The notes: a model not told the origin generated them from the letters alone. DNA of 64,000 nt from Bacteroidales bacterium (GCA_031553535.1 JAVBLM010000005.1:4113-68112); one strand, 5' to 3'; shown: positions 42,650-52,054, numbered from the stretch's first letter. Made by a program: numbers and translations.

Positions 42650-44776
42650 ATGGAGTTATTTATTATTAAGAGAGACGGAAAGAAAGAACCTTTTTCCGTT
42701 GAGAAGATTAAAAGTGCAATAGCGAAAGCTTTTCTGTCGGTTGGAAGTTTTGCGACTCAGGATGTGATTACAAATATCCTCAGCAGGATCAGCATAGGGA
42801 ATGAAACAACGGTAGAAGATATCCAGAACCAGGTGGAAGTGGCGCTGATGGCGGAACAATATTATGCTGTTGCCAAATCGTATATGTTGTATCGTCAAAA
42901 GCATCTCGAAGATAGAGAGGTTCGCGATAAGCTGAAGTTTTTAATTGATTATTGTGATGCGACCAATGCCGCTACAGGCAGTAAGTTCGATGCGAATGCG
43001 AATGTGGAAAACAAGAACATGGCCACATTGATTGGCGAACTTCCCAAATCTAATTTTATTCGCCTTAACCGCCGTATGCTTATCGACAGGCTGAAAGATC
43101 TGTATGGAAAAGAGGTGGCCGACCGCTATGTTGAATTGCTTAATAGTCATTATATTTATAAGAATGATGAAACCAGCCTGGCTAATTATTGCGCCAGTAT
43201 TACCATGTATCCGTGGTTAATTGGGGGAACGTATTCTATCGGAGGAAATTCAAAGGCTCCCACCAATTTGAAATCGTTTTGCGGCGGATTTGTCAATATG
43301 GTATTTATGGTTTCAAGTATGTTGAGCGGAGCATGTGCCACTCCCGAGTTTTTGATGTATATGAACTATTTTATCGGACAGGAATATGGAAAAGATTACT
43401 ACCGGAATACTGATAAAGTAGTGGATTTGTCAAAGAAGCAACGTACATTGGACAAAGTTATAACGGATTATTTTGAACAGATTGTCTATTCCATCAATCA
43501 ACCTACCGGGGCACGTAATTTTCAGGCTGTATTCTGGAATATATCTTATTATGACAGATATTATTTTGAGAGTCTTTTTGAGAATTTTGTTTTCCCGGAC
43601 GGAAGTAAACCTGACTGGAATTCTCTCAGCTGGTTGCAAAAACGTTTTATGAAATGGTTTAACCGTGAACGAACCCGTGCGGTATTGACATTTCCGGTAG
43701 AGACCATGGCTTTATTGACAGAAAACGGAGATGCCAAGGATAAAGAATATGGTGACTTTACCGCTGAAATGTACGGGGAAGGGCATTCGTTTTTTACATA
43801 TATGAGCGATAATGCGGATTCTTTGAGTAGTTGTTGCCGTCTGCGGAACGAAATACAAGATAACGGGTTTAGTTATACCCTGGGGGCGGGAGGGGTTTCA
43901 ACCGGCTCGAAGAGTGTTTTGACAATCAATTTAAACCGTTGTATACAGCAGGCAGTGCGTAAAAGTATTCCGTATCAATTTTTTCTGGAAGATATTGTTG
44001 ATTTTGTTCATAAAGTTCAGTTGGCATATAATGAGAACTTAAAATACATGCAACGGAAAGGAATGTTACCTTTGTTCGATGCAGGATATATCAATTTGGG
44101 GCGCCAATACTTGACAATCGGAGTGAATGGTCTGGTTGAAGCGGCAGAGTTTCTTGATATTGAGATTTCGGATAATCCCCGTTATGAAGCATTTGTCCAG
44201 CAGGTTTTGGGTATTATTGAAGACTGCAATAAACGATACCGGACCAAAGATGTTTTATTTAATTGTGAAATGATTCCTGCAGAGAATGTAGGTGTTAAAC
44301 ATGCAAAATGGGATAAACAAGACGGATATAAAGTGAGCCGTGATTGTTATAATAGCTATTTTTATGTGGTGGAAGACGATTCCGTAAATATTCTCGACAA
44401 GTTCCGTCTCCACGGCAAAAAATACATTGAACATCTTACAGGGGGCTCGGCATTGCATTTGAATATGGAAGAACATCTCAGCAAGGAACAATACAGGCAA
44501 TTGCTTCGTGTTGCAACACAGGAAGGATGTAACTATTTTACATTCAATATTCCAAATACTGTTTGTAATGATTGTGGGCATATAGATAAAAGCCAACTGA
44601 AAGTATGTCCGTCATGTAATAGTAAGAATCTTGATTATTTAACCCGCATTATCGGATATATGAAACGAGTTAGTAATTTCTCACAACCACGGCAAAAGGA
44701 GGCCGCTCAACGACACTATGCATCAATTACGAATTACGAATTACAAATTACGGAAAATGCAGATGTTGTAAGATGA
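42650..44776 (+). CDS. nrdD: anaerobic ribonucleoside-triphosphate reductase (class III)
   Basis: 708 aa with an N-terminal ATP-cone, C-terminal Zn site CNDCGH...CPSCNS and glycyl-radical motif TRIIGYM. The last roughly 17 codons run into the left inverted repeat. Confidence 0.92.
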   Translation: MELFIIKRDGKKEPFSVEKIKSAIAKAFLSVGSFATQDVITNILSRISIGNETTVEDIQNQVEVALMAEQYYAVAKSYMLYRQKHLEDREVRDKLKFLIDYCDATNAATGSKFDANANVENKNMATLIGELPKSNFIRLNRRMLIDRLKDLYGKEVADRYVELLNSHYIYKNDETSLANYCASITMYPWLIGGTYSIGGNSKAPTNLKSFCGGFVNMVFMVSSMLSGACATPEFLMYMNYFIGQEYGKDYYRNTDKVVDLSKKQRTLDKVITDYFEQIVYSINQPTGARNFQAVFWNISYYDRYYFESLFENFVFPDGSKPDWNSLSWLQKRFMKWFNRERTRAVLTFPVETMALLTENGDAKDKEYGDFTAEMYGEGHSFFTYMSDNADSLSSCCRLRNEIQDNGFSYTLGAGGVSTGSKSVLTINLNRCIQQAVRKSIPYQFFLEDIVDFVHKVQLAYNENLKYMQRKGMLPLFDAGYINLGRQYLTIGVNGLVEAAEFLDIEISDNPRYEAFVQQVLGIIEDCNKRYRTKDVLFNCEMIPAENVGVKHAKWDKQDGYKVSRDCYNSYFYVVEDDSVNILDKFRLHGKKYIEHLTGGSALHLNMEEHLSKEQYRQLLRVATQEGCNYFTFNIPNTVCNDCGHIDKSQLKVCPSCNSKNLDYLTRIIGYMKRVSNFSQPRQKEAAQRHYASITNYELQITENADVVR
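44725..44753. repeat. left inverted repeat of the four-helix-bundle cassette (AATTACGAATTAC... microsatellite-like)
   Basis: The sequence is AATTACGAATTACGAATTACAAATTACGG. Positions 44733-44753 match the reverse complement of 45121-45141 at 20/21 positions. Confidence 0.85.
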
Positions 44777-45132
44777 AAAAGGATAATGTAATACAGGAGA
44801 AATCATTTGCTTTCGCTATAAGAATAGTAAATCTATACAAGTTTTTATGTGAAGAAAAGAAAGAGTTTGTCTTGTCGAAACAGGTTTTGCGTAGTGGAAC
44901 ATCAATCGGAGCAAACATTGAAGAATCTATTGGAGGGCAGTCGGATAAGGATTTTCTTGCAAAAGTAACGATTGCATACAAAGAAGCACGGGAAACTATC
45001 TATTGGCTAAAGTTACTTTCGGCAACCGATTATTTGAGTATGGAACAGGCTGACAGTTTACTCAAAGATGCGGAAGAAATCTGCAAAATTATTGCTAAGA
45101 TTCAATTAACAATAAAAAGTCGTAATTTGTAA
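44773..45132 (+). CDS. four-helix-bundle protein (23S rRNA intervening-sequence protein family)
   Basis: 119 aa with family hallmarks FAFAIRIVNLYKFL...QVLRSGTSIGANIEE...AYKEARETIYWLKLL. Its ATG overlaps the nrdD stop (ATGA). Confidence 0.8.
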   Translation: MKKDNVIQEKSFAFAIRIVNLYKFLCEEKKEFVLSKQVLRSGTSIGANIEESIGGQSDKDFLAKVTIAYKEARETIYWLKLLSATDYLSMEQADSLLKDAEEICKIIAKIQLTIKSRNL

Positions 45133-45141
45133 TTTGTAATT
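45121..45141. repeat. right inverted repeat of the four-helix-bundle cassette
   Basis: CGTAATTTGTAATTTGTAATT, spanning the cassette stop codon and ending 3 nt before the nrdG ATG. Confidence 0.85.
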
Positions 45142-45144
45142 AAA

Positions 45145-45615
45145 ATGAGGTTCGCCAATTATAATGTTGTTTTCCAGGAAATACCCGACGAAGTGACGCT
45201 TGCGATCAATTTGTCTAACTGTCCGAATCGTTGTCAAGGTTGCCACAGTCCGTATCTTCGGGAAAATACGGGTGAGATACTTAATGAGGAAACATTGTTG
45301 AGCATTATCAATAAATATAAAGGTGCTATTACCTGTGTCTGCTTTATGGGTGGAGATGCAACTCCCGAAGGAGTAGGAGGGTTAGCCGGTTTTATACGGA
45401 AAAAAACAAATGGAGCCCTGAAAACGGGCTGGTATTCGGGAAAAGATATGCTTCCCGACAATTATTCTTTACAGAATTTCAATTATATAAAATTAGGGCA
45501 ATATAAAGAGAATCTTGGAGGATTAAATTCTATGGCAACAAATCAGCGGTTTTATCGCATTGAGAATAATAAAATGATAGACATGACTTATCGGTTTCAA
45601 AAACGTTTTGTTTAA
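45145..45615 (+). CDS. nrdG: anaerobic ribonucleotide reductase activating protein (radical SAM)
   Basis: 156 aa with motif CPNRCQGCHSP. Confidence 0.88.
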   Translation: MRFANYNVVFQEIPDEVTLAINLSNCPNRCQGCHSPYLRENTGEILNEETLLSIINKYKGAITCVCFMGGDATPEGVGGLAGFIRKKTNGALKTGWYSGKDMLPDNYSLQNFNYIKLGQYKENLGGLNSMATNQRFYRIENNKMIDMTYRFQKRFV

Positions 45616-45743
45616 TAGTAGGTAAAAAAGAAGAACCGTACAGTTCTATACCGGATTCCCGGAATTAATCATAAAATATAAATAGGAGAAGACTAAAAAA
45701 GTCAGGGAACTGTTCAAAAAGTCACTATTAGTAAAGTTCTTAT

Positions 45744-46700
45744 TTACCGAATTTTTTGATTGGAAAAGTTCCAGGCCACACCAAATAACAGGCTATATCC
45801 CCAAGAGGATTCGTACAGGGAAAGATTATTATTTTCATAATCTAATCCTGCCGCAAATTTTAGAGAAATGCCTTTATAGATCATGGCATAAAACTCAAAT
45901 TGTAAAAGAATATACGGATATACTTTTTTTAGTTCGGGGTAAACGGTTGTAATTTCCTTATTGTAAGGAGAAGTCAAACTTTGTTGAAAAGAAGTATGAT
46001 AGGCTAGGCGCAATATGTTATTGATTTTATAGTCCAGATTCAGTAAAAGCATAGGCCTGAATTCGGAGTGATCTTGATACATGTTCTTTCTCAGTTTTAT
46101 ATGGCTGTTGATAAATAGGATTTTGTCTTTTAACCCGGATGAGACGGCATCAATCTTATCCATATTATTTACTTCCCAAGAAGACCAGTCATATACGAAG
46201 CCCAATCCGAAATTTAATTTGAATTTTGGACGGATAATCGCCCAAGGATGGAACAATACTCCTATTTGAAAACGCCATCGTAATCCTCTATCCGAGTTGT
46301 TTTGAACAATAAATATGGGTTCAGGATAGAATTTACGAAGCATTGTCCGTTTTTTATCAATAGGCTTATATTTGTAAATACCTGAAGAAAGCATCAGATA
46401 ATGATTAAAATAGAAACTCCCATCATCCTGGCGTTCTATAATTTGTCTGAAAGTTAATTCAATATCCGTGTTTCGGAACAGGTAATTGAATAGCGCGGAA
46501 TTTGCAACTCTTATCTCTGTAAATTGATCCATTTCATTATCGGATACATACAGCAGTAAGTCTAGGTTCAGGGAGACGGAATTGGTTTTCAGCGTATCGA
46601 GACTATAGACTTTATTGGCGATAACTTCAATTTGTCCATAGCTTTTCATTCCCAGACAGAACAAAAGCATAATAAGTATTGTCCGATAATCTTTCACCAA
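45744..46700 (-). CDS. hypothetical exported protein, possible outer-membrane beta-barrel
   Basis: 318 aa, Tyr/Phe/Asn-rich with alternating hydrophobicity and an N-terminal signal-like segment. The track start at 46700 is TTG. An ATG alternative lies at 46670. Confidence 0.45.
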   Translation of the reverse strand: MVKDYRTILIMLLFCLGMKSYGQIEVIANKVYSLDTLKTNSVSLNLDLLLYVSDNEMDQFTEIRVANSALFNYLFRNTDIELTFRQIIERQDDGSFYFNHYLMLSSGIYKYKPIDKKRTMLRKFYPEPIFIVQNNSDRGLRWRFQIGVLFHPWAIIRPKFKLNFGLGFVYDWSSWEVNNMDKIDAVSSGLKDKILFINSHIKLRKNMYQDHSEFRPMLLLNLDYKINNILRLAYHTSFQQSLTSPYNKEITTVYPELKKVYPYILLQFEFYAMIYKGISLKFAAGLDYENNNLSLYESSWGYSLLFGVAWNFSNQKIR

Positions 46701-46939
46701 TATAATTATTTATCTGATATAAAATAACTATCAAGAAAACATAAACTATGCAAATCACGTCGAGTTTTGACTTAAATAGAATACTTTATTTTAAAGATCC
46801 ATCTTCTTTTGGGGTACTGGTTTAATGCCCTAAACAGCTAAATGTTATTTTAAGTGCTACGAAGACTATCTTTGATAATAAAAAAGGCGTTTCTTTTTGT
46901 AATTTCATTTTTCATATTGACAATTCGTAGCGTTTGAGT

Positions 46940-47022
46940 ATTAGTAACCACAGATAAATGCAGATAACGTGTGACTATATACAACTTCCTGTATCTTCAT
47001 TTAACTTGTGTAGCTTCTACTG
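46940..47022 (+). repeat. degenerate right-end fragment of the MITE-like family
   Basis: ACAACTTCCTGTATCTTCATTTAACTTGTGTAGCTTCTACTG resembles the right end ATAACTTCCTGTAACTTCATTTAACTTGCGTAACTTCTGTT. Confidence 0.45.
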
Positions 47023-47116
47023 ATAATTTGAGACTATTTATAGGATTGATAAATGAACTATTTAAAAGCATAACTGTTAATACATAAGATTTGGATATTT
47101 TAATAAACTAAAGGAA

Positions 47117-47686
47117 ATGAAAGTAAAAAATGTATTAATAGGAAGTGCGGTGGGGATGGTATTCGCAGCAGGTGCCGGAGCTGCCTTGTATTTTAAGAAC
47201 AGAAAAACTATTCCGGATGGTGCTAATGCTGTTACTCCATTTGATATTAAGAAATATCTGGGGAAATGGTATGAAATAGCCCGTCTGGATTTTTATTTTG
47301 AAAAAGGATTGGATAATGCCATCGCCGAATATTCTTTGAATGAGGATGGAAGTGTTAAAGTTGTAAACAAAGGATTTAATGTCAAGAAAAATAAAAAAGA
47401 GAAATCCATAGGAAAAGCAAAATTTGTTGATTCTCCTAATGAAGCAAAATTAAAAGTGAGTTTTGCAGGGCCATTTTATGCCGGATATAATGTAATTGCT
47501 ATTGATAAGGCATATCAATATGCATTGGTTGCCGGTAGGAATTTAAATTATTTGTGGATATTATCAAGAGAAACCTCAATTCCGGATGATATAAAGGATG
47601 CATACCTTCAGAAGGCTAAAAAGTTAGGATATAAAACGGAAAATTTGATATGGTGTGATCATAAAAACCAAGAGGAAACAGAATAG
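47117..47686 (+). CDS. blc: bacterial lipocalin
   Basis: 189 aa with lipocalin signature YLGKWYEIARLD. Confidence 0.85.
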   Translation: MKVKNVLIGSAVGMVFAAGAGAALYFKNRKTIPDGANAVTPFDIKKYLGKWYEIARLDFYFEKGLDNAIAEYSLNEDGSVKVVNKGFNVKKNKKEKSIGKAKFVDSPNEAKLKVSFAGPFYAGYNVIAIDKAYQYALVAGRNLNYLWILSRETSIPDDIKDAYLQKAKKLGYKTENLIWCDHKNQEETE

Positions 47687-47875
47687 GATTCCGATTTAGT
47701 ATATTTGTATATATGAGAATCTTATTATAGATTTTTCATGAGGAATAAATCTTCGAATGAAATTTTGTGTAGGTTTGCAACACATAAATAAGTAATTATG
47801 TAAAGAGAGAATAACTTTTATATATACTTATCGAAATGTCATTGTATGTTTTAATAAAAACAGAACTGTTTATGG

Positions 47876-47905
47876 AGGCTGTCTTTTCACAGCCTTTTCT
47901 TTTTG
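47876..47905 (+). terminator. intrinsic terminator
   Basis: Stem AGGCTGT (47876-82) / ACAGCCT (47889-95), followed by TTTTCTTTTT. Confidence 0.55.
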
Positions 47906-47940
47906 ATGAGCTTAATAAAGTTTTGGGGTAAGAAGATAGA

Positions 47941-48774
47941 TTATGCTATATATAAGTTATGCAACATTTCAATTTCTTTCGCATATCCCTCTAACTCGTT
48001 AGGAGTTTCAAGCAAGAAGGGGAGATGTCGTAATTCAGGATGATTGATTATGCGCTTTATTGCATCTGTTCCGATTGTCCCTTCACCTAATTTTTGATGA
48101 CGGTCTTTCCGGCTCCCTATCGGATTCATGCTGTCGTTTAAATGAATAGCATGCAGTTTGCTTAACCCTATTATCTTGTCGAATAGAGAGAGAACTCCAT
48201 CCAAATCATTTACAATATCATAACCTGCGTCATACACATGGCAAGTGTCTAAACAAACACCTAACTTATCAGTTAGAATCACTCCATCCAATATTTCTTT
48301 TAGCTCTTCGAATGTACCGCCAACTTCACTTCCTTTTCCCGACATTGTTTCAAGTAATACAAGTATGTTTTGTTCTTGGGTTAATAGTTTATTAAGAGAT
48401 TCTATAATCTGCTCGATTCCTGTTGCGGTTCCTTGTCCGGTATGGCTTCCCGGATGAAAGTTGTATAGTTTACAGGGTAGTTGTTTTAGCCGGGAAAGGT
48501 CATCGGCCATCATATTTCGGGCAAATTCGCGAATACCTTTATCTGCAGAACAAAGATTTAACGTATAAGGCGCATGAGCTAATAATGGCGCAAAGTTATT
48601 TGTGTTTAATAATTCTGCCAGATTTTGAGCATCCTTTATATCTATTGTTTTTGCATTGCCGCCCCTTGGATTCCGGGTGAAGAACTGGAATGTATTTGCA
48701 TTTATTTTTAAGGCATCCTTTCCCATGGCATAATAACCGTTGGATAGAGATAAGTGGCAACCGACGTTAAGCAT
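47941..48774 (-). CDS. nfo: endonuclease IV (AP endonuclease)
   Basis: Endo IV motifs are present ([32 protein letters not shown]). I prefer the ATG at 48774 (MLNVGCHLS) because the track start at 48825 overlaps the upstream gene. Confidence 0.85.
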   Translation of the reverse strand: MLNVGCHLSLSNGYYAMGKDALKINANTFQFFTRNPRGGNAKTIDIKDAQNLAELLNTNNFAPLLAHAPYTLNLCSADKGIREFARNMMADDLSRLKQLPCKLYNFHPGSHTGQGTATGIEQIIESLNKLLTQEQNILVLLETMSGKGSEVGGTFEELKEILDGVILTDKLGVCLDTCHVYDAGYDIVNDLDGVLSLFDKIIGLSKLHAIHLNDSMNPIGSRKDRHQKLGEGTIGTDAIKRIINHPELRHLPFLLETPNELEGYAKEIEMLHNLYIA

Positions 48775-48803
48775 AAGATAAATATATTTAGATATTCCTA
48801 ATT

Positions 48804-49409
48804 TCAAAGATTTGCTTGTTTGCATTTAGCAAGAAAATCCAACCAAGCCAGAATTTTATTATCCAATGCTTCGGGGGTTTTGAATAAATTGTTATGGAAA
48901 TTCTCACCTCTCAGTATTTTGGCATTCTGGATGGAGTGGCTGAATGAATCATAATAATCACCCAGCTCACCTTCATGAGTGGTGAATAATGTTACTGTTT
49001 TGCCATTGAAATCTTGTTGAGACAATAAAGTAAGAACAGCAGGTGCAATACTATACCACCATATTGGAGAGCCGATAATAATTAAATCATAAGAACCTAA
49101 ATCGGGAATAGTTGTTTTTAATTCGGGGAGGTATCCGTTGGCGACTTCTTCCTTTGCTTCTTGATATATTTCAGGAAGAGGTAAATATGTTTTTACTGTT
49201 TCCAGTCTACACATATCGGCACCTGTCTTTTCCTGAATCATTTCAGCTATTTCATGTGTTTTGCCACTCCAGGAATAGTAGATTATTAAAACTTTTCCAA
49301 GTTCGTTTTTTTCTTTTTGTGGACGATCCTCTCCTGGCGACATGCATCCACAAAAGATAAGAATAAATGAAGCGATCCATATTGTTATTCTGTTTACGCC
49401 GTTTTTCAT
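48804..49409 (-). CDS. flavodoxin-like lipoprotein
   Basis: 201 aa with lipobox ILIFCG-C, then flavodoxin N-terminus [19 protein letters not shown]. Confidence 0.7.
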   Translation of the reverse strand: MKNGVNRITIWIASFILIFCGCMSPGEDRPQKEKNELGKVLIIYYSWSGKTHEIAEMIQEKTGADMCRLETVKTYLPLPEIYQEAKEEVANGYLPELKTTIPDLGSYDLIIIGSPIWWYSIAPAVLTLLSQQDFNGKTVTLFTTHEGELGDYYDSFSHSIQNAKILRGENFHNNLFKTPEALDNKILAWLDFLAKCKQANL

Positions 49410-49459
49410 AACTATATTTTTTGTCTTTTAGGTAGCTATTTATTCAATAAATATGTTCA

Positions 49460-49467
49460 CAAAGATA
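49460..49467 (-). promoter_or_regulatory. Bacteroidetes-type -7 promoter box (TAnnTTTG)
   Basis: TATCTTTG on the minus strand, 50 nt upstream of the ATG at 49409. Confidence 0.45.
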
Positions 49468-49648
49468 ATCATTAATTCAGAATACAAATCGAAAATTTGC
49501 ATTTCTCATAATTTTTTTGTGAGAAAACAAATAAAAATCCAAATAGCTTTTATAATTAAAACGAATTAAGGAAAAAATATTGTTGAAGATCTGTCAAAAA
49601 TAAGTATTCAGGACATCGAAACAGCAAAACACACACTTCAATCCCCTG

Positions 49649-50032
49649 TTACAGTACCAATTCATTATATAACTTTTCTGTTGTCTGATCTAAATCACAT
49701 GAAAATCCACAATGAGGACGAGATGTTTGTATACAGGAGCTTTTTTCCGCAGTAATCCAGCGGAAGCGTTCGGCAATATCTAGTTGAGAAATTAAACCCC
49801 CGGCCTTATCTCCGACAGCAATTTTATTAAAAGATTCTAATGTTTCGCGGATTAATTCGAGGTCTAATTCATTAGCAAAAGTCCGTATTCTTTCTTTATT
49901 CAGATGATATTCAAGTCTGATGAATTTTGCCTCTTTAGAAAATAGTATGATACCGATGTTCATGAATTCTTCACGCTCAACTTTCGGTATAACACGAATT
50001 ACAGCATATTCATATAAATACTTTCCTTGCAT
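49649..50032 (-). CDS. DUF3037-like protein
   Basis: 127 aa (YEYAVIRVIPKVEREEFMNIGIILF...). Overlaps the upstream kinase gene by 23 nt. The family call is from memory. Confidence 0.55.
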   Translation of the reverse strand: MQGKYLYEYAVIRVIPKVEREEFMNIGIILFSKEAKFIRLEYHLNKERIRTFANELDLELIRETLESFNKIAVGDKAGGLISQLDIAERFRWITAEKSSCIQTSRPHCGFSCDLDQTTEKLYNELVL

Positions 50033-50792
50033 ATTGAGCTTCTTTTACAAAAATTCCGGAATGTTCTAATCGTCTGGTTAAAAACTGAAGGTATATATTT
50101 CTCAAATCGTCAGGTAAGTATTCTTTCTCTGCTACGATTAACCAATCGTCAGGGATCAGATTAACTATTTCTTTCAGCTTGCCTGCGTGCAGCAATTGTC
50201 GGTATTCAGTATCTACTTCATCCAGCTGATCGGCAAAAGGCAGTAAAACATGATTTTTAATCATTGAAAAGGGACTTAACGCTTGTTCCTTCCAGTTATC
50301 CATAGCATGATGAAAATATAACATCGAACCATGATCGATCAACCAAAGTTCTCTATATTTGAGCATCATATTTGTATTCTTGATTGTTCTGTCAACATTG
50401 GTAAGAAAGGCATCCAGCCAAATGATCTGGGATGCCAGCTTCCCATCCACCTTTGTTGTAACAGGGTCGAAAGTAAGGGAGCCTGACAAGAAATGCGATC
50501 CTATGTTTAATCCTCTGCTTGCCCGTAAGAGATCTTGTATTTCGGCATCCGGCTCGGTTCTGCCGAAGGCTTCGTCCAAGTAAATAAAAACAAGTTCAGG
50601 AGTATGCAGCCCGAGTAATTTTGCGGTGATGCCTCCTATTAATTCTGCAATAAGTGCTTTCGTTCCATGTCCTGCGCCTCTGAACTTAATTACATATTTA
50701 AATTCATCATCTGCTTCAGCCAATGCAGGTAAAGAACCGCCTTCCCGTAGGGGAGTAATATATCGCGTTACATTTACAGTTCTTATTTCCAT
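50010..50792 (-). CDS. HipA-like serine/threonine kinase-fold protein
   Basis: 260 aa with a catalytic-loop-like NVDRTIKNTN and a Mg-binding-like LWLIDHG. Confidence 0.65.
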   Translation of the reverse strand: MEIRTVNVTRYITPLREGGSLPALAEADDEFKYVIKFRGAGHGTKALIAELIGGITAKLLGLHTPELVFIYLDEAFGRTEPDAEIQDLLRASRGLNIGSHFLSGSLTFDPVTTKVDGKLASQIIWLDAFLTNVDRTIKNTNMMLKYRELWLIDHGSMLYFHHAMDNWKEQALSPFSMIKNHVLLPFADQLDEVDTEYRQLLHAGKLKEIVNLIPDDWLIVAEKEYLPDDLRNIYLQFLTRRLEHSGIFVKEAQYARKVFI

Positions 50793-50813
50793 GATTTATA
50801 TTATTAATTTATG

Positions 50814-50821
50814 CAAAAATA
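50814..50821 (-). promoter_or_regulatory. Bacteroidetes-type -7 promoter box (TAnnTTTG)
   Basis: TATTTTTGCAT on the minus strand, 21 nt upstream of the ATG at 50792. Confidence 0.45.
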
Positions 50822-50903
50822 TAAAAAAAACATAAATCATTATTCAAGCTTCATAACAGCAATCCATCAATTTAATATTCTTGCTGTTTTTTTCATAACT
50901 AAT

Positions 50904-50944
50904 ATCAGAAGTTACACAAATTAAATAAAGTTACAGGAAGTTAT
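50904..50944 (-). repeat. isolated MITE-family end in inverted orientation
   Basis: ATCAGAAGTTACACAAATTAAATAAAGTTACAGGAAGTTAT is the reverse complement of the right-end type (…ATAACTTCCTGTAACTTCATTTAACTTGCGTAACTTCTGTT). Confidence 0.6.
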
Positions 50945-51147
50945 GATTCAGGATTTGATTTTTCTTGGAATTTAATGATTTATTCCATTTTGTTTAATGA
51001 GTTTACTATCTTTCGGTTCAAAATTGTTTTCCCACTGGCCTCACAGATTTCCGCAGATTTTATATTGAAGTTGTCCGAAGTTGAAATAAAATGAATAGAG
51101 ATTACCTCGCTTCGTTTGATGTTCTCACCTGCTTTGCTTTCGGGGAC

Positions 51148-51215
51148 TTCGTCGTTCCTCCCGGCAAAGGATGACGGTAATATGTTACTTAAGAGCGTCA
51201 TCCGAGGAACGAAAC
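51148..51215. repeat. REP-like long hairpin, second copy of the CGTCAT..GAGGAACGAA family
   Basis: TTCGTCGTTCCTC[CCGGCAAA]GGATGACG (51148-76) pairs with CGTCATCCGAGGAACGAAAC (51196-215). Confidence 0.7.
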
Positions 51216-51453
51216 CATCTCCCATGTCAACTTTCGACAACTTCATTATAAAAATTTCATTATTAATCATTAACTCTTAATTTTTAATTTCTCCTTTCCC
51301 ATGGCAAATGTATTTTCCACTGTAAAAGGCATTCCGGATGTACCGGCAACGACTTCAGGACGCCGGAATGTGTCTTTCAAATTCTCCTGAAAGAGTTTAA
51401 ATGCTTTACATGCCTGTTTTCGATCCCGGACAGGCATTCGGGAAGTCCTGAAA

Positions 51454-51815
51454 CCCTGTTTCCATTTCCAAACAAGGAATACTATAAGTGGAAAACCCTG
51501 TTTAAAAATCAAAACAGGGAATATCGCAGGTGGAAAACCCTGTTTGAAAATTTAAACAAGGAATATTATAGCTGGAAAACCCTGTTTGAAAACGAAAACA
51601 GGGAATATCATAACAAAGATCGCCTGTTTGAAAATGAAAACAGGGTCCATTACGACGAAGACTACTTGTTTAAAAATGAAAACAGGGTCTATTATGATGA
51701 AGACTACCTGTTTGAAAATGGAAACAGGGTCTATAATAATGAAGAGTGCCTGTCTGAAAAGGGAAACAGGGTCTGTTACGATGGAAAGAGCCAGGGCAAA
51801 AACTGTTTGCCTGTA
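51454..51815. repeat. tandem array, 42-nt period, 8 units plus a degenerate ninth (array 3)
   Basis: Units start at 51454, 51496, 51538, 51580, 51622, 51664, 51706 and 51748. Each has a CCTGTTT-N7/8-AAACAGG hairpin. Two unit subtypes are present (units 1-4 versus 5-8). Confidence 0.9.
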
Positions 51816-51843
51816 TTTCTTTTCGTTCTTTTTTTTTATTATT

Positions 51844-52054
51844 AACAGAAGTTACGCAAGTGGAAAAGTTATAGTAACGCAATAGGCAGAAGGCAACAAG
51901 CAGAAAGGATAAAACCGATAAAATAGATAAAGCCGGTAAAACGGTAAAATTCAACATATAGAAAGTATCAAGGAATAACCAAATCAACAAGATAATAAAT
52001 TGTTTCGCGAATGATAACTTCCTGTAACTTCATTTACCTTGCGTAACTTCTTTT
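51844..52054 (+). mobile_element. MITE-like element, full copy B (211 bp)
   Basis: Left end AACAGAAGTTACGCAAGT and right end ACCTTGCGTAACTTCTTTT form an imperfect TIR. The core GCAGAAGGCAACAAGCAGAAAGGATAAAACCGATAAAATAGATAAAG is shared with copy C. Confidence 0.7.

Noticed and set aside
50980-51990. ORFs 50980-51270, 51270-51512, 51586-51885 and 51670-51990 inside the repeat island.
   Set aside because: They consist of translated REP-like hairpins, the 42-nt array or the MITE core. They overlap each other on opposite strands and show no family resemblance.
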